A stretch of 64,000 nucleotides of DNA from a virus (taxonomy: Duplodnaviria; Caudoviricetes), in IMG/VR virus record IMGVR_UViG_3300035208_002804, positions 32,001 to 96,000 of that record; one strand, written 5' to 3'. Of this stretch, positions 1-9,852 are shown piece after piece. The translations under genes were made by a program, and so were the position numbers. A model generated the notes under the pieces. The model saw only the letters and a list, made by a program, of their open reading frames with translations. It did not search any database and had not been told where the DNA came from. Each line of letters begins with the position of its first letter. The stretch's first letter is position 1.

Positions 1-86
1 CCGATACACCATGCAAAATATCATTCAACTTCAACGATATACCGGTGGGATGTTATTACCTTGCACCCAGAGTGGAAGCCGATTAA
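1..86 (+). CDS. pcn: C-terminal end of a PCNA sliding clamp (gene starts before the window)
   Basis: Not in the ORF track. The frame starting at nt 3 reads DTPCKISFNFNDIPVGCYYLAPRVEAD*, matching the PCNA C-terminal P-x-x-x-x-F...YYLAPR signature. Confidence 0.75.
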   Translation, partial: DTPCKISFNFNDIPVGCYYLAPRVEAD

Positions 87-171
87 AAAGAGTAATTTGA
101 ATTTAGAGTTTAGATTTCGTTTCTTTTATTTTTTTTTTGAAAAATTAGTTATTTTACTGTTCTTCTAAAAA

Positions 172-1014
172 TTATTCTGATTGAGTTATGTTCTCATCAG
201 ATTCATCAGATTCATTGGTTACATTAGATTCTTCCATTCCCACCTCTTCTTTGCCAAAGGTTACGTTGCTGATATCGACGGTTTCATTCATTGTTGCATT
301 TTCCTCACTTGTGTTGTTGATAATCTCCATAGGGACACTGTAGTCTTCCCAGGTAAAGTCAACCGGTAGATTATACTTTGTTCCGTTTGAACCGTAAACT
401 GATGCCGATACGTATTCACTGTAACCATAATGCATCGTGTCTTCACCTGCATCAAGACCTGCCAATACAGTTCCTCGCTTAATTGCAGTTGCACTACCGG
501 CGTTACCTTCTGCTCGCATACTTGATGTTATATTTGCATCATCAACAACTGAAACGGATTCATGTTTTGCTCCATTAACACCATTCTGGATAAATTCTGA
601 TTCAGCAAACTGATAACTTGGAGTTCCGGCGTCATCAAGATTTGCATACAACGAATTAATATCCTTGTAATTTTCCATCGACGTTTTGACATCAACTAAT
701 GAAGCGGCACTTGATTCAACATTAGTGGACGTATCAAGCATATTGTAAAACTGCTGATTCGACACATCTTTGGCACTTAAAATAGCAAGCCCATTGAGAG
801 CCATTACTCTGCGGGCATTGGTCTGAATGTTGTAACTTCCAGATGAAGCGCCAAGTCCATTACTGGTAATTTCAGATGATGATTTTGAACTCATCAATAT
901 ACTCGATCCATATGCACCATCAATATCAGTAGTTGACGTTGATTTTGATGCAAATGTTATTCCCGTCGTCATTGCCATGAGAATTAACAGGATTAAAAAT
1001 AGTTGTTTATACAT
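172..1014 (-). CDS. Secreted/cell-surface protein, probable glycoprotein
   Basis: N-terminal signal peptide (MYKQLFLILLILMAMTTGITFA), Ser/Thr-rich body, acidic tail dense in N-x-S/T sequons. Confidence 0.65.
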   Translation of the reverse strand: MYKQLFLILLILMAMTTGITFASKSTSTTDIDGAYGSSILMSSKSSSEITSNGLGASSGSYNIQTNARRVMALNGLAILSAKDVSNQQFYNMLDTSTNVESSAASLVDVKTSMENYKDINSLYANLDDAGTPSYQFAESEFIQNGVNGAKHESVSVVDDANITSSMRAEGNAGSATAIKRGTVLAGLDAGEDTMHYGYSEYVSASVYGSNGTKYNLPVDFTWEDYSVPMEIINNTSEENATMNETVDISNVTFGKEEVGMEESNVTNESDESDENITQSE

Positions 1015-1069
1015 AACACTGTTCCATAAGATAGAAAATTTTAATTACGCTCTTCATGATCCATAAAAT

Positions 1070-1273
1070 TCAAATGTCCTCGGTATATGGACAATCTCCC
1101 TTTTCATCGCTGATAGTATTGCCGGATTCTTTCTTGTCATCGCACATCATTTTACACTTAATGGCGACACTTTTCATTGCAGCGCGAAGTTTATTCCAAT
1201 ATCCAGGCTGTGGATTAGCAAGTCGTTCATTCATTGCAGCACGAGCCTTATCAGTTGCCATTGGTTTGCTCAT
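1070..1273 (-). CDS. Small hypothetical protein
   Basis: 67-aa ORF with a TTTAAATA box about 30 nt upstream on the minus strand. Confidence 0.5.
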   Translation of the reverse strand: MSKPMATDKARAAMNERLANPQPGYWNKLRAAMKSVAIKCKMMCDDKKESGNTISDEKGDCPYTEDI

Positions 1274-1580
1274 GTATTAATATTATGTTTTACTCTTATT
1301 TAAACATGGTGAGAAAGAAGGGGAAGGTTAAAATGTATTGTAATCTAATATTTAATTCCTTGATAATCACACATATAAATATGGATAAATTATTATCAGA
1401 TACATCATGACAATAACCAAATTAACCAAAATAAGAGCAAAACTATGTTACAATGTATTATATTATTATTACAGAATCTACCATCTTATTTTCAAGAAAC
1501 ACAAGCAATCATAATATTTATATTTCCCACCTCTATTTTTTCGAAAGGTTTAACCATAATAAGAACAAATAGAATACTAT

Positions 1581-1865
1581 ATGTCAGCGGTTGAAAGGTT
1601 TGTCTGTGATTATTGTGGAAGGGAACTATCCGAAAATGATGGCTGGTTCTTTATCAGTGAAGAATGTGCAATTGCCCATACCGGGGATCATAATAGTGAA
1701 CATTGTATCAGGGAAGATTTTGAACTTGATTTCTGCTGCAAAGAACATCTAATGTCATATATCGACGAACACCTATGTGATACATTAGGGCTTGTGGAAT
1801 CTTATATAAAAAAGAACATGGTGATTAGTGGTGGGATAGTAAACAGATCAAGTGATTATTGTTAA
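1581..1865 (+). CDS. Small Zn-binding hypothetical protein
   Basis: CDYC ... FCCKEH motifs. Confidence 0.55.
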   Translation: MSAVERFVCDYCGRELSENDGWFFISEECAIAHTGDHNSEHCIREDFELDFCCKEHLMSYIDEHLCDTLGLVESYIKKNMVISGGIVNRSSDYC

Positions 1866-2029
1866 GTATTCAAACTATTTTATAATTTAACTATTTTCGA
1901 TTACATTATTACTATTTTATTAAACTATTCTTTTATCCGAACTAACGAAGTGTCGTGAGGATCGAGCAAGGAAATGAAGCGAATTTGAGCGGTTTTTGCG
2001 AAAAGAGCCTGAATGACGCCGCGATTGAT

Positions 2030-2112
2030 ATCCTGCAAAAGAAAAAAGGAAGATTTCTCTTCTCCGTTCTCTCCTGTCTACACTATTATATGTGGTTATA
2101 CTATTATTTAAA
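2030..2112 (-). ncRNA. Dispersed promoter/small-RNA-like element, copy A
   Basis: TTTAAATA (2112-2105), G of AGTGT 29 nt downstream (2083), purine-rich arm, T-tract, then TTTTGCAG; GTG is followed directly by TAG. Confidence 0.5.
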
Positions 2113-2170
2113 TATATTGCATTAAAAACACTGAAAGTTTAAAAAAGAGAAAGTTAGTTATCCCCTCTCT

Positions 2171-2407
2171 TTATGCTACGAGGGTGCCGTGGTCTTCGAG
2201 ACGGGCTACGAATACTGGGTTGTTTCCAATTGAGACAAGAACGTTAATGTCTTCATCGTGGATGAGAACTTTGTTTCCTTCTGGGTTTACGAGTTGGAAG
2301 TCGTTGTAAGTGATTTTATCTGCTTCGTTGGTGAGATCTGCATCCTGACGAATGGTATATCCATTTGCGAGTTCGATAACGATTTTTTCTGCTACAATAT
2401 CGGCCAT
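2171..2407 (-). CDS. Hypothetical protein
   Basis: 78-aa ORF co-oriented with and directly downstream of the holin-like gene. Confidence 0.55.
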   Translation of the reverse strand: MADIVAEKIVIELANGYTIRQDADLTNEADKITYNDFQLVNPEGNKVLIHDEDINVLVSIGNNPVFVARLEDHGTLVA

Positions 2408-2428
2408 AATTGTTTCCTTATATAAAAT

Positions 2429-2710
2429 TTAAATTGTTTTTCCTTCCAGGGAAGTTATTTCTGCTGGAATATTCACATCATTCTGGACTTCTTTGATGAG
2501 TTCAATAACATCTTTTCCGAACGCTTGATACTCAAGATCACTCCATGTTTTGTCAGCATCTCCCTGGAAATAGGAATTGCCAATGTCAGTAAGTTTAGTT
2601 GCAACCTTGAGATATCGAAGAGCGCGCGCGTTTGTGGCAAAATAGGTTACGAGTATACCTACAATGGTAGAAGCGACACCTATAATTGCTACCGGATCGA
2701 TATCTGGCAT
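2429..2710 (-). CDS. Small membrane protein, possible holin
   Basis: Single N-terminal hydrophobic helix (VAIIGVASTIVGILVTYF) followed by an amphipathic region; TATA box upstream. Confidence 0.4.
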   Translation of the reverse strand: MPDIDPVAIIGVASTIVGILVTYFATNARALRYLKVATKLTDIGNSYFQGDADKTWSDLEYQAFGKDVIELIKEVQNDVNIPAEITSLEGKTI

Positions 2711-2889
2711 ACAATAGAGATAAGACTGATTTCCAGTATATAAAGATAAATTTTTAAATGCTGTATAAAAAGGTTGTATATTAATGGGTAAAAGATGGGG
2801 AATTTATATATAACAAAGAAATCTTTAATTACTATTCATTCTTCTTATATGGATATGTTTATTAATAAAAACAACATATATAAATACCA

Positions 2890-3918
2890 ATGCCTATAGT
2901 TTCAATTACGATCTCTACATGGGACCGGGTTAATGATTTAAAGGTGTGTGTTGATTCAATTTTAAATCAGTCATATATAAAGAATAATGATCGGGATACA
3001 TGGGAACTTATTATTGTTGATAATGGAAGCAAAGATGGAACTCGTCAATATTTATCAGAATTAGAAAGTGTAATTGGCCACAATCTTAAATATATAATAT
3101 TGTCTCATTCTAATTATACTGCAATGCAAACACTTAATTTTGCATTTAAAATGGCATCTGGTGAATTTGTAATTGTTCTTGATGATGATGCATTTATTGA
3201 AAGTAATGATGCTATAGAGTCCATGGTTGAAATAATGAATCAGAATTTTAATTGTGCAATCATTGGTGCAAATGTTCAATTTGAAAAAGAAAGATTCGAC
3301 GGAACATTATCTCAAATGCCAATACGATGTCTTGATGGAAGATTTTTAACAACTGGAGAAATATTATCATTGTCGGATGTTATACCATATTATGAATTTC
3401 ATGGTGCATTTGCAATGTTTAGAAATGAAATATTAGAATTGGTTGGATATTATGATAATGATTTTAATATTTATATAAATGAATTTGATTTAGCATGTAA
3501 AGTTTTGGATAGAGGCAATGATGTTTTATTTGCCAAAAATATAATTGCGAAACATAAAGATCAGTCGTCTATAAAATGTAATAAGAAAAATATAAATTAC
3601 ATTATAAATTATGATACTGTTGTTACACGTAGTTTCACTGGGATATTTAATCGAATTAAAGTTGTTTCTATTAGATTACCAATGCTATATGTTATGCATA
3701 TGATAAATATGATTAAATATTGTAGTAAATTAAGAATTTTTATGTTTACTATTCAAACCGGAGTTGAATATTTTAGGGCGCTTTTTAGATGTGTTTTTCC
3801 TGATAAACATTATAAATTTAGAGATAAAAAATTACAAGAATATATGCAAGTATCATTATATAATAGTTTTAAGAAGAATACAACAGATTTTATAAGGAAA
3901 ATATTTAATGACAATTAA
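2890..3918 (+). CDS. Glycosyltransferase family 2
   Basis: VSITISTWDR, IIVDNGSKDGT, DxD-type LDDDA, E-x-DL acceptor region. Confidence 0.9.
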   Translation: MPIVSITISTWDRVNDLKVCVDSILNQSYIKNNDRDTWELIIVDNGSKDGTRQYLSELESVIGHNLKYIILSHSNYTAMQTLNFAFKMASGEFVIVLDDDAFIESNDAIESMVEIMNQNFNCAIIGANVQFEKERFDGTLSQMPIRCLDGRFLTTGEILSLSDVIPYYEFHGAFAMFRNEILELVGYYDNDFNIYINEFDLACKVLDRGNDVLFAKNIIAKHKDQSSIKCNKKNINYIINYDTVVTRSFTGIFNRIKVVSIRLPMLYVMHMINMIKYCSKLRIFMFTIQTGVEYFRALFRCVFPDKHYKFRDKKLQEYMQVSLYNSFKKNTTDFIRKIFNDN

Positions 3919-4867
3919 AAAAGTGGGGGTCGCACTGTCAACTTGGAATAGAGCAGAAGATCTTGATAGATGTCTTGATTTATTATATAAACAGACATAT
4001 GGACCATTTGACGTATATGTAATTGATAATTGTAGTAATGACACGACAAGATGTGTTTTAGATAAATATTATAATGAATATAATAATTTTGAATATTATA
4101 TAATGCCGCATTCTAATTTTAGTGCTATATATACAATTAATTTAGCACTGAAAGAATTGGATAATGATTACATTATTATTCTTGATGATGATACTTTTCT
4201 TGAAGATCCATATACTATTGAGAAATTAGTTAATACTGCCGATTCGGATGAAAATATCGCAATAGTAGCAACTAATGTTCGTGATAATTTTGGAAGAGCA
4301 TCTTTAATTTTAAAGACCCTATTATTTGATGCCGTTGACTATAATGATATATCTAATGATGATGTTTTTGATATAGATGATTTTAGCGGTGCGTGTGCAT
4401 TGTTTAGAAGTGATCTTGTTGGCCCGGAATTTTATGATGAATCTTTTAAAATTTATTGGAATGAACCAGATCTTGCTATTCGAATGGTGGCAAAAGGCTA
4501 TCGTGTTGTAGTTAATCAATCAATACGAGTTACTCATGGAAGTGATGTTGGTAGAGAATCGTGTAGATCATTTTACTATGGATCTCGAAATACATTTAGA
4601 TTAATGACAAAGTTATTATCAAGAAAACGAAGTTTGATTTTAATGGGAATATTAATTCCATTTCATTTAAAACGATATTTATCTATGAGAAAGGAAAGTA
4701 AATTTTATGAATATTTACCAAAAGTGGTGTATTGTTATATTGAAAATTTAGTGCGCGGAATTTTTGTAGATCGTATACAATTTAATGATGTTAATGTTCA
4801 AGCCCGTGTTTATAATACATATATAAAATATTATCTCAAAGAAATTATGTTTGGTTTACAGGTATAA
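3908..4867 (+). CDS. Glycosyltransferase family 2 (paralog of upstream gene)
   Basis: STWNR, VIDNCSNDTT, ILDDDT, YWNEPDL. Confidence 0.9.
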   Translation: MTIKKVGVALSTWNRAEDLDRCLDLLYKQTYGPFDVYVIDNCSNDTTRCVLDKYYNEYNNFEYYIMPHSNFSAIYTINLALKELDNDYIIILDDDTFLEDPYTIEKLVNTADSDENIAIVATNVRDNFGRASLILKTLLFDAVDYNDISNDDVFDIDDFSGACALFRSDLVGPEFYDESFKIYWNEPDLAIRMVAKGYRVVVNQSIRVTHGSDVGRESCRSFYYGSRNTFRLMTKLLSRKRSLILMGILIPFHLKRYLSMRKESKFYEYLPKVVYCYIENLVRGIFVDRIQFNDVNVQARVYNTYIKYYLKEIMFGLQV

Positions 4868-5519
4868 TATTAATATGAAAATCAAGTTTTATATTAAATT
4901 TGCATATCATTATTTTTATGATAATATTTACACACGATTAGTAAGTAATTTTTATCTGTTGAAATGGAAAATATATAAATATAAATTATTTAATAAATGT
5001 GATAAACCAACCATATTATATATATCGTTTATAAATGGAGGGGGGTTATTAAAACATATTAATGAACTTATTACTGGAATGAAAGATACTTATGATGTGT
5101 GGGTTTTTACCAATGATAATTTTGTGACTCATTATGATGGTAATAAAAAGATTATTTTTAAGCATGATTTGGACTTAAATTCTGCTATTCGATGTGTTAA
5201 TCCAGACATTATTCATGTTCATCAATTAAGTAAAACCTTATGGGAAATTCCATTTATCGAATGGGAGAAATCGATTATAACAATACACGATATGTATTAT
5301 GTGTGCCCATATTTTTTCATGACCGAATGCATGAATGATAAATTTTGTCATCCATCATTGTGTAATATTGAATGGAGAAACGAAATGCATGGGATATTAG
5401 TGCGATGTAAATCTATTATTTGTCCATCAGTTGCAATGAAAGACTTACTTTTATTTTATTATCCAGATATTGAGAATAAGATAACTATTATAGAACACGG
5501 AATTAATAAATTATGTTGA
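4851..5519 (+). CDS. GT-B/GT4 glycosyltransferase, N-terminal half
   Basis: GGGLLKHI, PDIIHVH, ITIHD, IICPS, IIEHGI. Confidence 0.75.
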   Translation: MVYRYNINMKIKFYIKFAYHYFYDNIYTRLVSNFYLLKWKIYKYKLFNKCDKPTILYISFINGGGLLKHINELITGMKDTYDVWVFTNDNFVTHYDGNKKIIFKHDLDLNSAIRCVNPDIIHVHQLSKTLWEIPFIEWEKSIITIHDMYYVCPYFFMTECMNDKFCHPSLCNIEWRNEMHGILVRCKSIICPSVAMKDLLLFYYPDIENKITIIEHGINKLC

Positions 5520-6028
5520 ATGTTGCATATGTTGGTGCGTTATATCACCCAAAAGGATTAAAAACATTATATTATCTAACAAATGATTTTACGGTTCCTG
5601 TTAATTGGTTTATTTTTGGTTGGATAACAGATCATTATAAACAATATCAATGTGATAATGCCTTTGTTTATGGTCCTTATAGAACTACTTGTGAATTATA
5701 TGATTTATTAGATTATTATAATATTGACATTGTTATTATGCCTAATGAATGTCCAGAATCATTTTCTTATGTATTGAGTGAAATATGGGAATATAAAATA
5801 CCGGTTCTTGGAACAGATCGTGGGTCAGTTTGTAGTAGAATTGAACAAACTGGATGTGGATGGATATGTAACCCAAGTAAAATGGGAGAAAAGTTAAAAT
5901 GGCTCAATGATAATCCAGATGAGATAGATACTGTGATAAATAGATTATATGATTATGATGTAACTTCAATCGAAAAAATGCATACTGATTATAAAAATTT
6001 ATATGCTAAATTGATACATGATTCATAA
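5513..6028 (+). CDS. GT-B/GT4 glycosyltransferase, C-terminal half
   Basis: VGALYHPKG, ESFSYVLSE (E-x7-E), PVLGTDRG. Confidence 0.8.
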   Translation: MLNVAYVGALYHPKGLKTLYYLTNDFTVPVNWFIFGWITDHYKQYQCDNAFVYGPYRTTCELYDLLDYYNIDIVIMPNECPESFSYVLSEIWEYKIPVLGTDRGSVCSRIEQTGCGWICNPSKMGEKLKWLNDNPDEIDTVINRLYDYDVTSIEKMHTDYKNLYAKLIHDS

Positions 6029-6088
6029 TTTCTGTTTTTTATAAAAAGAAATCGTTAAGTTTTAATAGTATACTTACATATATTACAT

Positions 6089-7597
6089 ATGATTACTGCA
6101 TTGGTTGTCATGTATAATTCAGAATCATTTCTTGACAATCGATTTAAATCTCTTTGGTTTTGTGATGAAATTATTGCAATTGATTTAGGTAGTAAGGATA
6201 ATTCTATTAATATTGCTAAAAAATATAATTGTATTATTAAACACAATGAATGGGTTCCAATGGGTGAACTTGCATGGATCAATTTTGTTAAAGATGCAAC
6301 AAATGATTGGATAATAATTGCTGATCCTGATGAAATTATTCCTAACAAACTTGCTAATAAGATAATATCCACGTTAAATAATATTAGTGATAATATTGGT
6401 ATAATTGGTCTTCCATATAGACATCATTTCATGGGTAAAAAAGTAAATATTTCTATGTGGAAAGAAATACATTATATAAATAAAATATTCCATAGAGATA
6501 GAATTACATTACATGGCCTTGTTCATTCTCCGTTTTGTTTAAATGAACCACATAATATTTTAAATTTACATATGTCAGTTGATGAGTCTGATGTTGTTTT
6601 ACATTATCCAGGAGAGAAACTTTCTAAATTATGTAAAAAATTGTTTAGATATTCATTAATGGAAGGAAAATCAAAATATGAAAGAGGTGAACGATGGACA
6701 ATTAAATCGTGTTTAAAGTATATTGCAGCGAGTATATGGTATAATTTAAAAAAGTCTGATGTTTTTCATAACCTAAAATTGATATATCTTCCATTTATGT
6801 TTATTGGTTATGATATATTGTCTCAAATTTCTTTATTTATGTATCAATTTAAAAACAAACATGATAAACTTGTTGAAATTCTTCAAATAGAACCAACACG
6901 AAGATGTAATATGAATTGTAAACATTGTAATCATAAAGATAACAATGGTTATATTTCAATTGATACCTTTGAAAAAATATTATCTAAACACGCTAATGTA
7001 GAAATAATTAAAATTCAAGGTCTTGGAGAACCACTATTGCATCCAAACATTGGTAAATTAATTGAACTATCTCATAAACACAATTCGAAAGTAATGATTA
7101 TAACAAATGGATCTGTTCCTATTCCAAGCGGAATAGATCAATTGATTATTTCACTTGAAACGGTAAATCCATTAAAATATAAAGAAATTCGTAATTATGA
7201 TTTAGAAAAAGTATTATTAAATATTAGATATATTGCAACAAAACAAAAAGTGATTGCCAATTGCGTTCAGACAAATTTAACAAATGAAGATGATGTTGAA
7301 GAAGTAAAAGCATTTACTGAATCAATTAATGGAGAATTATGGATTACCCCAATGGAAGTGTGGTATGATAATTTACATAAAGAATATCCTGAATCATTAA
7401 AAAATGTAATTGACGCGTATATAACTCATAATATAAACTTGAAGTTTAGAAACTCAACATGTCGATGGCTAACAAAAAGATATTTGTATTATGATTATCT
7501 TGGAAGAATGCACCCATGTTGTATTAGAATGACTGATGAATATCTTGTAAACAGTGATTTTGATTTTACTAATTGCTGTAAAACATGTCCTATGTAA
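6089..7597 (+). CDS. GT2-like glycosyltransferase fused to a radical SAM/SPASM-twitch domain
   Basis: N-terminal DLGSKD and DPDE motifs; C-terminal CNMNCKHC (CxxxCxxC), GLGEPLL, ITNG and a Cys-rich tail (C...PCC...CCKTC). Confidence 0.8.
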   Translation: MITALVVMYNSESFLDNRFKSLWFCDEIIAIDLGSKDNSINIAKKYNCIIKHNEWVPMGELAWINFVKDATNDWIIIADPDEIIPNKLANKIISTLNNISDNIGIIGLPYRHHFMGKKVNISMWKEIHYINKIFHRDRITLHGLVHSPFCLNEPHNILNLHMSVDESDVVLHYPGEKLSKLCKKLFRYSLMEGKSKYERGERWTIKSCLKYIAASIWYNLKKSDVFHNLKLIYLPFMFIGYDILSQISLFMYQFKNKHDKLVEILQIEPTRRCNMNCKHCNHKDNNGYISIDTFEKILSKHANVEIIKIQGLGEPLLHPNIGKLIELSHKHNSKVMIITNGSVPIPSGIDQLIISLETVNPLKYKEIRNYDLEKVLLNIRYIATKQKVIANCVQTNLTNEDDVEEVKAFTESINGELWITPMEVWYDNLHKEYPESLKNVIDAYITHNINLKFRNSTCRWLTKRYLYYDYLGRMHPCCIRMTDEYLVNSDFDFTNCCKTCPM

Positions 7598-8166
7598 GGA
7601 GAATAAATATGAAATTAGATAATAATGTAACTGGCTGTTTAAGCCCAATTGAAGGAACTATGATTAGTAGTCTCTATAGAGAATGTAGTCCTGAAAATTG
7701 TGCAGTAAATATTGGATGCTATAAAGGAAAATCATTACGTTATATGATTTGTGAAATGGATCATTGGTATTGGGAACCTCCCAAAATTTATGGTATTGAC
7801 ATTAAGATAAAACAAGAATTGAAAAATGCATTTGTTATTAACCACGTCACGTTGATTGAAAATTCATCTACTAACATGGAAACGCTTTCGCAGATTAGAG
7901 AACCAATTGAATTCTTATTTATTGATGGCGATCATTCATATACTGGATGTATGAATGATTTGATGTTATATTGGCCTAAAATTGTGTCAGGTGGTGTTGT
8001 TATGGTTCATGATGTATTTGACACCAGTGGGAAAATATGTGAACCTGATGTTGGTGAAGCATTCAAATATTTTGTTGAAATGAATAAAGATAAGTTAGTT
8101 CCTGATGATTGGTATCTTGGTCCGGTCCATAGAGTAGATTCTAGTGCCATAATCCAGAAAATTTAG
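7585..8166 (+). CDS. Class I SAM-dependent methyltransferase (Methyltransf_24-like)
   Basis: IGCYKGKS, FIDGDHSY, GGVVMVHD. Confidence 0.85.
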   Translation: MSYVRRINMKLDNNVTGCLSPIEGTMISSLYRECSPENCAVNIGCYKGKSLRYMICEMDHWYWEPPKIYGIDIKIKQELKNAFVINHVTLIENSSTNMETLSQIREPIEFLFIDGDHSYTGCMNDLMLYWPKIVSGGVVMVHDVFDTSGKICEPDVGEAFKYFVEMNKDKLVPDDWYLGPVHRVDSSAIIQKI

Positions 8167-8243
8167 TATTGTAAGAAATCTTTTATATACTCCGTTATCT
8201 TTTTTCCAAACATTTATCTACTTTCTTAACCTACTATATATTC

Positions 8244-8972
8244 ATGTTTCATCTGTTTAGAAAAGATACTTCATTTAAACCATATGCTGAAGTTAAGAGT
8301 TTATCTGAAGCATATGAAGTGGCAATGAATAATGTAATATCTAATCACAGGGAAGTTGTTACCGAAGATGGTGAAATAACATGGCAATCAAATCCATTTA
8401 CTATCTGTGTAACACAGCCGTGGAGAACCAACTTTATTCATAAGTTTTCGCCATATGGTAAAATGTTCTATCAAAAATATGCAAAAGACATTTTAAATGG
8501 CCCTGATGGAGATTTTATTTATGATTACCACAGTCGCCTGTTTCATTACAAGAAGCATTTTTATGATGATATAATCAATGAATTTGTTCCAACTGAAATC
8601 TATGGTCAGATATTAGGTGAAGAGATAGATCAAATCCAGTATGTGATTGATAAATTGAACGAAGAGCCTAATTCACGTAGAGCAGTGGCAATTACTTGGC
8701 AACCTCCAGTAGATACAAAAATAAAAGATGTTCCATGTTTCCAGTATGTTCAATTCTGGAAAGAAGGTAATAGATTGAATGGATTTTTTTCAATCCGTAG
8801 CAATGACGGGCTTTTAGCCATGCCACAAAATATTTTTGGGTTTTATAAATTACAGCGACATGTAGCAAAATATACAGATTCAAACTGTGGAAAAATGTGG
8901 TATCAACCAATTTTACCCCACATTTATGCTATTAGAGATATGAACGAACTCAAAAAATGGATCAGAATTTAG
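8244..8972 (+). CDS. thyA: Archaeal-type thymidylate synthase (dUMP-specific family)
   Basis: SRRAVAITW, VPC catalytic Cys, RSND, Asn in PQN at the dUMP-specificity position, HIY. Confidence 0.8.
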   Translation: MFHLFRKDTSFKPYAEVKSLSEAYEVAMNNVISNHREVVTEDGEITWQSNPFTICVTQPWRTNFIHKFSPYGKMFYQKYAKDILNGPDGDFIYDYHSRLFHYKKHFYDDIINEFVPTEIYGQILGEEIDQIQYVIDKLNEEPNSRRAVAITWQPPVDTKIKDVPCFQYVQFWKEGNRLNGFFSIRSNDGLLAMPQNIFGFYKLQRHVAKYTDSNCGKMWYQPILPHIYAIRDMNELKKWIRI

Positions 8973-9618
8973 ATTATTTTACTCTTTAACTCTTTATTAT
9001 GACTGAAAATATACCAGGTGAAGTTAAAACCGTGGATAGACAAATTAGATGCTGTGTCTGTGGTTTTTGGATAACTCATAATGAATACGGTGGTTTAATC
9101 AGGGGTGAATATTCTGATTTTACCAACAAACGATGTGGTAACATTATTATGGATGTCTGTAACGAATGTTTAGAGAAGATTCTAAAATATACTGGATAGA
9201 AGAGAAGAATGAATGAAAATGATAATTTAGAACGTGCATTGGAAGTAATAGATGATCTCATTAAACTTTTAGCAGAGACTTATAATATTGCATCTGAATC
9301 GGTAGAAATAATTAGAATACTTGAAACTGAAAATATTAATTTAAGAAAAGAAATAAGAATGTTAAAACGGTGGTAATCAATGAATGCTCATGCAATAAAT
9401 ATGTCTCTTTTTGATGAAGTGAAGCGATTATCTAAAATGAATAAACTTTATCAGGAACTTATTCAACTTCAAAAAGAAAAGATAAATCTTTTAGAAAATG
9501 AAATTGAAGGAATTCTCAAAGCAATGGATGAAATAGATAAAACTTATCAGCGTATCATCAATTCTATATAAACTATTCCAATAAATTTATATAGTTATTA
9601 AACTTACTATATAATACT

Positions 9619-9777
9619 TTGGTTAAAATCAAGTGCGGAAATTGCGGATCTTTGATGCCGTATTTTCCTGATACAAACAAATTCGTGTGTTTGAATTGTG
9701 GTAAAGAAAAACCAGGAAGTTATTTTTATACTATTCAAAATAGAAAAAGCAGACGATATTATGAAGAAGATTTCTAA
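9619..9777 (+). CDS. Small Zn-ribbon protein (below ORF track cut-off)
   Basis: TTG start about 33 nt after TTTATATA; reads (M)VKIKCGNCG...CLNCGKEK. Confidence 0.45.
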   Translation: MVKIKCGNCGSLMPYFPDTNKFVCLNCGKEKPGSYFYTIQNRKSRRYYEEDF

Positions 9778-9852
9778 AAACTATTTAACTTACTATTTTT
9801 AATATGAATAATATTTTTGATTATTACATAGAATTTCTCTCCAATCTTTAAT

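Noticed and set aside
6860-7597. Radical SAM domain as the NrdG activase for the class III RNR
   Set aside because: It is fused to a glycosyltransferase, has a SPASM/twitch-type tail and lies in the glycosylation island.
8244-8972. dCMP hydroxymethylase (T4 gp42-like)
   Set aside because: The specificity residue after RSND is Asn (PQN), typical of dUMP-using enzymes, not Asp.
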